A program made the translations under genes and the position numbers. Positions 19,210-41,881 of a stretch of 64,000 nt of DNA are shown one piece after another; the first letter of the stretch is position 1; every line of letters starts with the position of its first letter. Below the pieces are notes generated by a model. It had not been told where the DNA came from, searched no databases, and worked only from the letters and a program-made list of their open reading frames with translations. Source of the stretch: Bugula neritina (taxonomy: Eukaryota > Animalia > Bryozoa); NCBI GenBank assembly GCA_964035545.1, contig OZ037767.1, positions 28,722,628 through 28,786,627 of the forward strand. Reading direction: 5' to 3'.

Positions 19210-19390
19210 TACCTACCAAAGCAAACACAGAATTGTGATAATGATAATCTCAAGCATGTTGTCCTAGCTTTCCGTTAATCACCAAGACAAACTGTATAGT
19301 GTATAATAATTATAATAAATGTTTCAAGCGTTCTATATCAATTATTACCATTATACTTTAGAGTTTAGAGGAATACTAATAAAAAGGTAA
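19210..19390. promoter_or_regulatory. Probable bidirectional promoter between ATE1 (-) and SPATA5 (+)
   Basis: Divergent genes with ATGs at 18881 and 20229; outward-facing donor-like sites near 19213 (-) and 19386 (+) suggest 5'UTR exons. Confidence 0.4.
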
Positions 19391-19439
19391 AGTACTGTCG
19401 AACTAAAAATCATCGGCTAGTCAACTCTGCTGCCAGTGC

Positions 19440-19950
19440 CAACAGCAACTACCAAGTCAATCATAGTGTAAATCACTTAATCATAATGATAATCAATAAA
19501 ATTTAAAATAAACTTAATAATATAAATTATCTTATAACTGACTATTTATAAGACATCATGATTATCATTATCTGATTAGTGACTAATCACTAATCAGTAT
19601 GAGTATGAGTGTCACCATCGTGATAATGAGTAAATGTAATCATAATGATAATGTAATGATAAGGTGACTGTGAGTTCAATGTCATGCTTATCAGCTCATG
19701 CTCACTTGCAGTTGCTGTGGTTCACACAAAAGTTATAATCATAATCAGATTATAATAATCATGATGTCTAATGAATAGTAAGTTATAAGATTATATATAT
19801 TATTAATAATAATGAGTTTATTTTAAATCAAAACGAATTAAATATAATGATAATGATATTATTTTAATTTAATCATTATATTTATACTAATAATGCATGT
19901 TTAATATACATTTTATAATTTAATATTTTTATTTTTGACTTTTGAAATGA
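19440..19950. repeat. Degenerate 3/6-bp periodic tract upstream of the first SPATA5 coding exon
   Basis: atcata/atgata/atgagt/aataat runs. Confidence 0.6.
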
Positions 19951-20228
19951 AAAAATTAAGAATCCATGACACACTTTATAATTTAATTTTATGTACTTGT
20001 AACATTACAATATTCATATATTATATCTTAGCTATCATAATCATCTGATTCAAGTTCTGCATTGCAGTAAAATTACTGCATGTTGATAAACTTAATTTAT
20101 TTTTTAAAAAGACATTTCAATTTTCATTCGTGATCATATTTAATTTTATATATATGTGATTACCTATATACTGTTGTATGACATTGAAGGAACGTATACA
20201 AAGAAGAAGCTTAAACGTAGAAGTAGCA

Positions 20229-29205
<8,977 letters not shown>

Positions 29206-29223
29206 AGGAGTATACGCCAGCAT

Positions 29224-29665
29224 TGTATATTACTGTATATTACTACTATATGTTAGTATATATATTAGTGTATATTACTACTATATGTTAGTATATATAT
29301 TACTGTATATTACTACTATATGTTAGTATATATATTACTGTATATTATTACTATATGTTAGTATATATATTAGTGTATATTACTACTATATATTAGTATA
29401 TATATTAGTGTATATTACTACTATATGTTAGTATATATATTAGTGTATATTACTACTATATGTTAGTATATATATTAGTGTATATTACTACTATATGTTA
29501 GTATATATATTAGTGTATATTACTACTATATGTTAGTATATATATTAGTGTATATTACTACTATATGTTAGTATATATATTAGCGTATATTACTACTATA
29601 TGTTAGTATATATATTAGTGTATATTACTACTATATGTTAGTATATATATTAGTGTATATTGCTA
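29224..29665. repeat. 34-36-bp AT-rich minisatellite just after the SPATA5 stop
   Basis: Unit tgtatattactactatatgttagtatatatattag and variants. Confidence 0.92.
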
Positions 29666-29887
29666 TGGTATTACATGTTAGTATATGTTAATATATATTA
29701 CTATAGAACTATCTATTACTATAGTGATAGATAGCACCATAGTAATATATATTACTATGGTGCTATATATTGCAGTATAATCAGCTCATGCTGTCATACT
29801 AACTGACACATATAGTAAATTGGGTGACTGTTAAACTTGTTGACTTGATATTTCGAATATTCAGTAGACAGCTGTACCACGTCTTGT

Positions 29888-30172
29888 ATTGGCTAGCTAG
29901 TGTAAATGCATATGTCTATAGCTGTTTAATTGGCTAGCTAGTGTAAATGCATATGTCTATAGCTGTATGATTGGCTAGCTAGTGTAAATGCATATGTCTA
30001 TAGCTGTATGATTGGCTAGCTAGTGTAAATGCATATGTCTATAGCTGTTTGATTGGCTAGCTAGTGTAAATGCATATGTCTATAGCTGTATGATTGGCTA
30101 GCTAGTGTAAATGCATATGTCTATAGCTGTTTGATTGGCTAGCTAGTGTAAATGCATATGTTTATAGCTGTT
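29888..30172. repeat. 41-bp minisatellite, about 7 copies
   Basis: Unit ttggctagctagtgtaaatgcatatgtctatagctgt(t/a)tga. Confidence 0.92.
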
Positions 30173-31086
30173 GTCTTTTGACTGACCAACCCATGACCTT
30201 ATATATGTGTTATTTTAAATATTTTGATTTTATCACATATATTTTTTAGGAATTGTGCAATATCTTTTATTATTGTTTTTCATGATAATAGATGGCAATA
30301 TTTAAATGTCAACACTGACTATGTGGAATATGTAATTACACTGATAGCAAGTTTAGTAACATACTCTATCTAGTATACATGTATCACCCTTACTGCAGCA
30401 GACATACTGTAGTACATGTACTTTTAGTACCTGTACTGTAGAGATAAAACGCACCATAAGGCACCAGAACGGACTAAAAGTACTAGGATTATATTGTAAA
30501 CAGAGTTTTGAGTTAATCTCAAAGAGTAAGTTGAGAATAGCTAAGCAGTTTTTCTCTGAAAATTGTTGTGTCGCTCAGTGTTATATGTTGATGGTAACTG
30601 CAGAAGAGCTTTGTTGTTTGGGAAATTTCTCATGATGAGATTTTTTTAAGGATTTAAAACACCTACCTTTACCGCTGAAGTATATTTATTCCAAGAATAT
30701 AATGACAGATTGTGCCATGTGTACCAAGCAGAGTAGCTGTTCACACTCTTAGATCTGATTTTGCTGAAAGCAATGACCATAAACAGGGTAATCTAAGTTT
30801 GTGGTGCTATTTAACAAGTGTTACATAATCAGACTTATTTTTATTCTCTCTAGGGAGCAGTCTGATCTGCAATTGTTGTTAATTTTAAAGAATGATGGTT
30901 GTGTATTGAGTTTTTGCAGCTTTATTATCCAATAAATATTTGATTTGATTTACTTGAAATTAAGTAAGCTGAAGTCATTTCTCCGAAGCACCTTGAATGG
31001 GAAGTTGCATTAACCATAATAAACATAAACTATTAACAACACAAATAAGACATTAATTCAACAATATGGATTGAAAGCGGTGTCAG

Positions 31087-34000
31087 TTAGTAGAAAAGAG
31101 GTGAAGCGCAATCACTCGGACAATTTCCACAGCATTTCTGGTTTCCTGGACAGGAAGAATCATCAGTACAGCGTGCGATGCAAACGCCGACGGTTCCAGT
31201 TGGTGGGGTGGGGCATACTCCTGGTTTAACAACTGGCTCTGGAGTTCGGCATTTTTTTCGGTATCGGCCACAACACTTCTGGTTTCCAGGGCAGGATTGA
31301 TCATTGGTGCATCGAGTTCCATGGCTGTAGCCGCGTGGACAGGTGCCAGGTTTGACTTGTGGTATTTCTGGAAAATATGCAAACTGTTTATATATGATGC
31401 ATAAGCTATACCATATGAAAACTTAGTCTACAATCAATCATACATATATTTTATAAAACAAACTTAAAAATTAGCAAAAGAGTATTAAAGTGATCACAAA
31501 TTCTCCTAATGGTAAAAATTTCTCATTAATATTTCCGATGAAAAATTTTGCACATTGTTCATCCGTGAAAAATAATAAAACTATGATTATTGACTGGATA
31601 TTTCTTTTGTAGTTACAGCTTATATAATTATTGTTTCGTATGTGTTGATATTATGTTGTACAAAGAAAACTCACCACATTCACAGGTGGGGCACCCAACA
31701 GCTGGGGTCTTGACAGTCGGAACGGTGTTGGTTGGACACAGGGTCGCAGCGCATGGCTGGTCCCCAAGAGGGCAGTCTGAAAAGTTGATAGAACACAGTC
31801 TAAGAGTTGATAAAACACAGTCTAAAGAATTGATAGAACACACATAGTGCAAATAATATATAGCCATCTCCTGTGTAATATTATCACATGTCCATGATCC
31901 TTCATTCTTACAGAAATGTAATTTGGAATTTCACCAATCAAGAAGTTCTACATTGAGATTACAACTCCTTTGATAATTTACATACAAAAACTCACCTCTA
32001 CACTGACAGGTTGAACAGCCATTCTCATCAGTTAGGGAACCATAGGGGCAGGGTTTGGCACACAACACCAGGGGACATGCTGAAGTGAAGATAATTCAAC
32101 ATGAATAACTTATACACAGTTACAGGCTAGCAAAATTTAAAGACAGTTTAATTTGTTAAGAAAGTACATGGAAGTTCATATTTTTATATTGCAAAGCTGT
32201 TATACAAAATCTTTAAATACAAACTACATATGTTTTTACTTTTGGTCTTCAAAAATAAATTGAATTGGTGAGATTTTGAGTCACTGCACCTGTTTTTGGA
32301 AGTGGGTCTTCACATTGTCTAGGGCAACTACCACAGCACTTCTGGGCTCCAGGGCACTCTGCGTCATCAGTGCACAAAGCAATGCAGATACCAAATCCTA
32401 TGCGGGGTGCACACACACCGGGCTTAGAGTTGGCGACTGTAAGAGTAGATATACAACATAAAACAGGACTGTAGGTTCGTTTTAATCTAGTAAAATATGC
32501 AAAATTGCGGTTTTGCTGCTGTTTGAGGAAATTTACAGATACGTACCACACTTGCAAGTTGGGCAGGCATTAGGTTTATTGATGACAGTTGGGGTGGTGC
32601 CACTTCCGCATCGAACTGCTGAACATGGCTGATCTCCCAATGGGCAATCTAAAATAACAATTTCAGAAAGTAATTTAATGGAAATTCTTATTTTGTATAA
32701 AATGGCTTTCACTAAATGGCATTATTTATATAACCTGACAAGAAAGATTTATATTATAGCCAGTTCCATAATGACTTTCTTCCAAGTTTCAAATTTGTAT
32801 TACTCACCTCTGCATTGGCAAGTTTGACATCCAAATTCATCTGTCTTGAAGCCATATGGACAGGGCTCAGAGCACTTCACCAACGGGCATTCTGAAGTCA
32901 GAGAGAGTTAGACAACCCTTTAGTTTGGGGTTTTTGTAATCAAGTTTCCAGAGGTTACTATACGAGAACACAGATAATATCTGGAATAAAGATGAAGCAC
33001 TCACCACAATCGCAGGTGTTGCAGCCACGTTTATCTTGTTTCCATACGGGACAGTTGACCGGGCAGGACTGCTGGGAACAGTACGCCCCGCATGGACACG
33101 GGGTAGTCACACATCTTATAGGGCAATCATTTGGTGTGTTGACAGGTGGAACTGCAAAAGGAGGAATTAAGAGATTAACTATAGATTAGCATTGTGACCA
33201 GAGATTCAGATCACCTCTGTGCCAGGAAGTTGATACCAGGCGGCATAAGGTTTAGCATTCCAACTTTCAGTTGACTGGTAAACAGGATAATAGCAGAGTT
33301 AAGTCACGGATGTGGAAGTGGTAGAAATTATGCAACATGCTTGTCAGCAAGAGAGTTCAAGTTTGGCAAGTGGGTGTCAAGGATCTCATTCACTGCATTC
33401 CTATTGCTTTGAATGGATCCATACAGATGGATTATATGAATTTGTGGATGCAGTTTGCATCAACTTATGGTTGTGGTTTTATTCATAGAAAATTCATTGC
33501 ATAAGCTTTGAAACAGCTTCGAATTAATGTAGTGAATATGCTTATTTTCTCTTCTTAGCATGAGTTAATTAACTATTTTATATTAATTTTTGGCAGATTT
33601 AAAGCAATGTGTGTGAAATAAAATAACCTTTATTGCATTCATCCATCAACTGCATTTAAATCATAGCCATTTCCGAGCATGAATTTTATTATGTTAGCAG
33701 AGAAAAATTTTTTGACTCAGTTATTATTTTTCATAAAACATAAGAGAGATGACAGTTGCAAAAATAAATTAACTGAGAGAACTACCAGCATAAAAACAAA
33801 CCTCAGTAGAGCTATTAAATAAATTAATACGTTTTAAATTTAGAACATTACTCTGAGCAACAGAAATTAAATTTATTTGATTCCTGATGTTTATTTACTA
33901 ACTAAAGAATTAAACAAACAGAGCATTCAATTATATATATATATAAATATATAAATATATATATATATATATATATGTAATAATAGGAACACCATAGATT

Positions 34001-34373
34001 GAAAATTAATTATATATATATGTATATATATAATTAATTTTCAATCTATGGTGTTCCTATTATTATTTAGAAAACATAAAAAGCAGTTGCATCAAACAAG
34101 AATAAGTTTCTAAAAGTGACAGACTTTCATAAAACTTCTAAATGCACACAGTTTTCTAATCATTTTACAAGCTGCTATCAAGAATTTGTTATATATTTAG
34201 ACATGTGGATGTACGTATGGGTGATTCTCATGCACAACTACTGCCTATTATGATTCTCTAAAACAATAGTTATAGTACTTACAGTATGGTCCAGGACTGG
34301 TGGTCGTAGTATAACTGTATGCAAGCGAAGCAGCTGCAAACAGCAGAAGTGTTGTAAGAATTCTGTTAGCCAT
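31087..34373 (-). CDS. Secreted multidomain cysteine-rich protein with antistasin-like and WAP domains (putative protease inhibitor), 8 coding exons
   Basis: Signal MANRILTTLLLFAAASLAYS; CPYGFKTDEFGCQTCQC and CPYGSLTDENGCSTCQC (antistasin); KPGVC...CTDDAECPGAQKCC and two more WAP-like units; TATAAAA near 34430; phase-1 introns; stop at 31087-31089. Confidence 0.88.
33978..34065. repeat. 88-bp inverted repeat (43-bp arms) in intron 1 of the WAP/antistasin gene
   Basis: taataataggaacaccatagattgaaaattaattatatatata-tg-reverse complement. Confidence 0.9.
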
Positions 34374-35763
34374 GACTGAACTTTAGCAAGGGTTGAGGTT
34401 ATGACTTGTGCAGTAGCCACCGCAGTGTTTTATACTGTATTTATGAGCACGTGATGGCATGTTAAAACTCTCTTACGTCACGGCTTCCTTGTTGTTGATT
34501 GACAATAATAATGTAATCCTCGTTGATGGTTTCCTTGACTGAATGATACACAATGGGCTGTCTACTCATAGACACAAGTGACAGATAGAAGCAGGTGCTA
34601 TCATGTTGATGGCATAACTAGTCTATATATAGGACAAGGATATGGTGATGAATAATACGCATTTTTTGTTTGTGAATTTAGTGTCCTATAATACAGTTTT
34701 TCTATAGAAAAAAAAACAATTAGTTCAACTGGTGTCATTTTATAGAACAATGAATTATTCAGTAGAAAGAAGTCTCAACTCTTGGTTTAAATTTGAAAGA
34801 AAGTATTTGTTTTATGGATTTTAAGCATTATAAATTTGAAAGAAAGTATAAAGACTGTGAAACTGTGTATGTGATGTCTTTAAAACTGAAAACGTAAGAT
34901 TTGGTGAATCTATGTGTATTAAAAGTACTATGATAGTGTTTTTCTACACTTATCTATTGACTGTCAAAATATGGTTTGGAAACTACTGAAATATATTTAA
35001 TTATTTCACTGTTTGAGCTGTTATATTTTTGCAATGACATGGCTAAAGACTTAATGGATGCTCATCGTCATCATAAAGTAAGTCAATACACTTACATGTA
35101 AGTGTAAATGCAAACGTATACTTGTACTTACATTTCTATAACCCACACCAATGTTAGTCACTGTATTGTTTGTCTATAATTGCCAATAGTGTAGTAGATT
35201 AAATAATTAAAATTCAATGCAACAATTTTAACACAACTTGTGAAAAGCCTGTTGTAACTTTTTGCATAACATTGTTTTTCTCAGAAACTAAATCAGAACA
35301 TTGAGTAAAACAATTTTCTTTATCTGCATAGATTAAGTAACATTTATCTATAGAAATCCATTGCGCAACTTGGTTGGTACTTATGCCATGTTACTATGGA
35401 GGATAATTTATGTAGCAAGATGTTGCTAGGTGGTGATAGAAAAACACAACTGGTGCAAAAGACAAATAATATGAGTAATATATTACTTTATGTGTTCTAT
35501 AATGAGCAAAATCTATTTTTAGAAACTTGTAATTAACTAATAAATTGCGTATTCAACTAATAAATGTATTAGTGCGTAAAATAACAACAACTTCAGCATT
35601 TATTTCAGATAATTTCAAATAAATATTCTATACATAATAATAGCTTGTGTTTTTTATTCTCTATAAAATAACAACGCATTTTATTCAGATTAGGTAATTT
35701 GAAATATAGATTTCTTCCTTTGCGTTTTGTGGCCAAGGCCGCTTAGATATAAGAAGCTTAGCA

Positions 35764-38700
35764 TCAGAGTAAAAAGCTCCGGGTGAGATTTCGAAGCTTT
35801 TTCAAGAATGGTATTAAATCTAAAACAAAACAGAGACTCAGTAGACTTAAAAACTTATTAAAATATTTAAACTCTGTTTAGACAACATGCTGCTACTGTG
35901 TTTGTCTTAAAGCTTTATTGTTAAATAATATAATATATGCTATTATTTTAAAAACTTTAATAAGAAAAGTGCAACCAGTATAAGAAATTTACCTTTTATT
36001 AAAAAGGTTTTAATTAGTTTACATTGACTTAATTAATCAAAACATAATATTTTACAATAGTATTATTGCAAAAGAGTTGTTAATTTTATTTAAACATTTT
36101 AAAAATTAATAGTAACAATAATAATTACTATTGTTATTAGTAGCATTCTTTGATAAACATTATCCATCTTTACCATATCATCAAGCTATTAATAGATGCT
36201 GTGTGTTAATAGGATAAACATTTTAAATATAAGAATAATCTACTCACCTTGGCCCCCAGTACCAACATTGTCTAGTCTCTGGAAGTCTCCATTTTGCTTT
36301 TGAGATTTGGGTATTAGGATATATCTATGAAGTATATGCCACCCAACTTACACCACAAGAAGTAAATGTGCTCAACAGTATTATTATAATCTTACAGTAT
36401 GTGGCTTCCTTAATTGGCTGCAAATGAACTATAAATAGGTCATAAAAATAGCCTGAAACAGTAACTGCTTAAATTAAGAGGCAGGAGGGACACAAACTAT
36501 TGAGCTCACCCCACCTCCTACCAGCTTTGGTGAAGACAAGACTATATTCAATATCATAGAGTTTAGTTCTGTTTGCAATCCCATTACAGATAAGCCATAA
36601 TTCTAGCTGTTTATAGTGGAGTATTATTACTAAGACTGTCATTCCCCTCTTAATTGTTGACTAAGTACCATATTATACTTATAGATAAAGGCTGCTGTTA
36701 CAAGGTCTCGTCCAACTGTTACAATTGTTAATGAATCACAGGCCATGTTTGTCTAAGATTAAGACTTTTGCATGCAGTTTAAATATCATCATGCAACTTG
36801 AATTTGATCATGACATTCTCAATTTCTATTGTAATTAGTAAACAGCCCTTTATATTTATATTATGATAGTATTTATAAATTAATACTTATATAATTAGAT
36901 AATGCATTTTGTCATAGGTCACCTAAATTCACTTTACAAGATAGTATAAAAATACACACTTAGCCACAATTTGAATGTGATTTGTCCTCAAATTAGCCAC
37001 AGCCTCCACACACTTGTTGTATGCCAACACAAGGTCTTCATTATCTCTGGAGTTGTCTTCCACTGTAGCACAATACATACTGCACCACTATAGTCAAGGT
37101 CATGTAACAATACACCAGAGTATATGATTCATAGAATAGCAAATAATGTTTACCAAAATCTCTTGTCCGGCAGATATTTTCAAGATGGAGGAGAAATCTT
37201 TTGTGTATGCCAGGCATGTAGTTTCTCATGTTTAACAAAAATTCTGTAATTCATACATTTTATTAGATAAAATATAGATAACTACACCTATATTATAATA
37301 ATTGAGATTTTGTGTAGAAAGTTGCAGCTTTAATTATAATAATAATCATAAGATTTATTGTTGCAGAGAGCCAACTATGCTTTATACAAACTAAACAAAC
37401 ATACAGTAAAAGGGAAATATGTTTAGAAGCTATTGAAAAGCTATTGTAATTGGTTGAAAAACTGTCTATTAATTATGTAAAGGTGAAATTTAAAGCTTAG
37501 ATTACATTGCCATAAGGTTAAATGATGCATCATTATGGGGGACACAACTCTTAAAGGGCAGGCTACGTGTCGGGTAGCACTTGCCTGCCACTGCCACTGA
37601 CACTTGCAGTGAAGAGCTAAAAGCTATTGAACCTTATAATTAAAATGAAACAAATCGTGGCTGAGTAGTGTGAAAATGTTTGATTATAACGAATTAATTT
37701 GCTGTTGATTGAAAAATTTAAATTAATCTATTGGCCATTTAACATTTTAATAGTATTTAATCTTGTTTTAAGCTTTCAATTTACTTTTAAGTTATTTTTT
37801 TCCTTTCACCCAACTGTTTAAACTCAGAAATTTTTTAATAATAAAAGCAGTTACAAAAACATATTAGGATGAATGAGAAGATATAATAGCAAAATAGCTC
37901 ATGAAAAAAACTCTACCTCACCCATGGCAGAAAATGTAACCATGCACATGTATAAACCCTAATATAAACAATATAATATTTGTAATATTTATTATATTTA
38001 TTATGTAAAATGTACAAAGTATAATATTCACACTATATCTTTTAGTAAATGATTTCATACTTGAGTTGTGCTGAACTTGTAGAAATATATCTATAGCTTG
38101 AATACCGGTACACTGGGCTGCAGATCCTCCTGTCATCTAACAAAGAAAAACAGGAAATACATTTCATCATTGAACTATTAGTACTCTAGCAGATATAGAG
38201 TATAGGCAATATATCATAATTTTTTCATTATAAGAAGTTAAAGTAGCACGGGACAGGTTCATGTTTAGCACCTGACAAAACTTTATTAGAGAGAAATAAC
38301 AGCTAGAACTGCTTTTTTCTTTTTGTCCATAAATATGATAAATAAATTGAAAATAAAACAGAATAGCCTGTAAAACACCTCACCTTCATGGGTTGGTCAG
38401 ACACACCTTCGTAAATCATACCAATTTTATCCCAACCTCCAAGATAGGGCCTCAGTTCATGATAAAACTTATCAGGATGCAATCCTTCTGTAAAGTATTT
38501 CCATTAACAAACTTACATCATTCTGTCATTTCTTTTCCATTATTTTGTAGTTCAAGATTTATAAAGCTCACAACAAACCTATTTACAGCAAGATCAAATG
38601 TCATCAGTTGTGTCATCACTTTTGTCAACAGTTGTGTCATCAGGAGTGTCCTAAACAATTTCTACTGCATTCACTGCAATAACTTGTACAGAAGGTGCAA

Positions 38701-41700
38701 TTAGTTCTTTGGATTCTTTTAATATTACTTAGACATGAGTACAAACCATGCATTCGCATAAAAGCGGCTGTTAAATCATCTATGTGATTGGCCAGTTCAC
38801 AGAGACAGGAAGTGACCTCATTTACATGCTTCTGCTTCATGCTCCATTGGCATGCCAGCAACGTCTAAAAGTGTATAGCGCAGAGTGCATATTGTTCATC
38901 TTAATTTTACACAGTATAAATATAAATTTATTTGAACAACAATAGAAATATAGTGCAAAAATTAAACTTGGCTATAAACTACACTTGTGGTGAATATGCA
39001 ATAAATTTGGTTATATATTTAGCATTTCGATTTATATATAATTTATATAATAGCTACTTAAATTTAAATTAAATTTAGATTAAATTTAACATCTTTTAGA
39101 TTTACAATAGATTATGTGATTTATAAAATTGCTTTACTTTTAGAACAGGTAATATTTTCAACTCCACGTTGGCTGTTGCCAGGAAAAACCAGTCACATGA
39201 CTTGTCGCCAGGCATACTGTATTTCAGACTCATGTTCCTAGAAGTAAAACACAGCTGTATCTATTATATATGGATCATATTGAAACATTATCCAAGACAA
39301 CATTTTTGTGGTCAGAAAGTTCAGCCACTTACCCAAGCTCCAACGGTTCTGATTGATCTATGTGAACGATGTTGGCCAGAACCAAAGATGCGTGGCATAC
39401 TACTGGTGGTAACTCAACCTTCTTTGATAAATCTGTAAGAGGCATAGCCAACTGTTTTGGAAGAACCTAAAAATATTTTACAATAATAAAATTCTCAGAC
39501 TGAAACTGATAAAACATGGTGAATCAAAACAATGCTTCAAGGTGAGGCAAATATGAGAACACAACTAACTATCTAATCTTAGAAAAGAGTATAAACTCGT
39601 TCCATATCTCCATTCCATGTTAAATCTGTTGGCAAAATACCAGGCTATTGATTGTATAGCCTCAGCTCTTTATAATATATTATGTTCTTATATAGTTCTT
39701 CATAAATAGCCCATGTTTATTTATAGACAATTGCAGAAGCATTGATTTTGTATGGGTTGAATCTACACTATGTAGAAAATATATAATAATATCATAATAT
39801 CATTGCATATGAAACATTATATGCAATGATATTATGATATATTATGATATATTATATATAATTATTATTATTATAAGATCAAATGCCGAATACTAGTTTC
39901 ATAGAAGTGTCAAAAAGATGGAGTATATTTATAGATAAGTGTAGATTAATCATCAGTTTTTGTATATTTTTAAATGCAGGCCAAAGTTTTGGTTACTGAA
40001 AATTTGCATAAACTCCTTTGCCACGTGTTTCAATAAAAAAGAGCCTCATGAAAGGTTATTTCAAGTGTGTACAATATGATTAAAATTATATTATAATAAT
40101 TGTGTTAAAATTTAAAATGAAATGTTCCTTTCATTCATCATTCGATATTAAAGTTATAAATTTATGTGTGTGTAGCACACATAAAGAGGTTTACAGGCCT
40201 ACGCTGTGTTACCAAGACTCTGCACTGCTACATAATTAAAGTGTTGTTCATATTTTGCAATAAAACTAAGTAAACTTAATAAACCAGTTGAGGGAAAGAG
40301 TTTGCTATGGCAAATCACCATACCTTTGGTGCTTGGGATTCCCCATCTTGCCAGACATAACCATTTGTTACAATAGAATATAACATATGAGCATGTCTTA
40401 GTATCTCGTATTCAACAAGATCTCCTGTGTCAATTACTGGTAACTACAAACATATAATATTATATTTGATATAAGACACCAAAATGCTATAGTTTAGCGT
40501 AGGGCCACTCAGGGCGTATTTTCACAGATGAAAATTTGTACCGCAAGTAGAAAAAAGTATCCACTTTACACGAATTTCACGAGTTGAGAATACTGAACGA
40601 CAAGGGCGAATATTTTCTGTCGTAGTTACCTAATTGGCTGGTAGTTATTTAGCGAGCCCATTTTTCTTAATTTAGTGCTACATTCCACTAAACTGCATTT
40701 TATTGAAAGCAGTTAGATTTAAAAATGAAAATTTTAAATTTATCCCCGCACATGTAGCCATAGAAACAAAGCGAGCAGTAAAGTTAAATGCAAATACTGA
40801 CACAACGTTGCGTGTACAGCGGACACTTTTTCTACTTGTGGTGCAAATTTTCATCTGCGAAAATATGCCCGTGTGGCCCTATGCGTAGTTGTAAATATAT
40901 ACAAGCGATACACATATTTATATTAATGATTATAAACTACTTACCTCTACACTACGCTAAACTGTTTGTTACTAAATACGTTGATTTGCTTCTTTGACAT
41001 AAAATGTTGAAATTTTGTGCTCTTGACTCACCTTTGAGTTTGTCATTGAAAATTTAAAGTATGCTCTGATAACGAATACAATACTATGGCTCCATATAAG
41101 CTGCACATTTATGCCTGATCAAAATGCTACATGTATGTTAACTTGTAATATTGCTATGTTAGGATTCACATATTTTAAGGGCGCTTTCGGATTCCCTACG
41201 CGTAGGGAATCCGAAAGCGCCCTAAGTATGCTCATACCACTCATAGATCTTTTTGGTATAAATTCAACAAAGTTATGCTAAACATACAATATCAAATATC
41301 TAAACTTTATTAGTATTACTTCTCACGTGATTTTGTATTTACCTCGTTGATTAAACACCTCAGCTTTTTTTGTTGGACTAGCTGAGCAATATTTCGTAGA
41401 ATATCTACCAAACCATCAAACCTCGATGGCAGCCCTGGCTAGAGAAAAGTACATAAAAAGTCCATTTTTAAACTCATATCATATATTGACCTGAAAAATT
41501 ACAAAATTATGATAATTATCAGAAGCAGTAATTCAAATATAACTGAGCAGGCGATCATATTTCATACCACTGCTTAAAGTTAGTAAGTGCAAGTTACAAG
41601 TTACAAGGTATAAAATAGTTTACCAGCCATGTAGCATTATAATATTATCATAATACTATACAGTCTTTTACACTATTTGAGATAAAGTTACAGCCTAAGA

Positions 41701-41881
41701 GGCACAATTAACTATAGACTTGACCACAAACTGAACCCTCAAACTGAAAACAAAGATAATTTCTCACCACATCAACTAGTAGAAAGCCGTGAGCTGATGA
41801 AATTCTGAATCCATCGAATATTTTCTGAATATATTGCTGTCGAGAGTCAGCAAGACACGCTTCTACCCTGTTGACCTCCAT
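35764..41881 (-). CDS. IDO: Indoleamine 2,3-dioxygenase (IDO2-like residues), 12 coding exons
   Basis: ISSAHGFL; GYVWQDG; VLPKQLAMP...LPPVVCHASLVLAN; WFFLATANVE; PDKFYHELRPYLGGW; GGSAAQ; MRNYMP; LRTNHIQIV (proximal His); GTGG; LIPFLK. Confidence 0.93.
40502..40879. mobile_element. MITE with long imperfect terminal inverted repeats in an IDO intron
   Basis: Left gggccactcagggcgtattttcacagatgaaaatttgtaccgcaagtagaaaaa mirrors right tttttctacttgtggtgcaaattttcatctgcgaaaatatgcccgtgtggccc; flanked by TA on both sides. Confidence 0.8.
41179..41222. mobile_element. 44-bp perfect palindrome flanked by TAA direct repeats (minimal PIF/Harbinger-like MITE)
   Basis: taa-gggcgctttcggattccctacg|cgtagggaatccgaaagcgccc-taa. 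Confidence 0.65.

Noticed and set aside
31083-31382. 99-aa ORF MHIFQKYH...
   Set aside because: Alternative frame of the last WAP exon.
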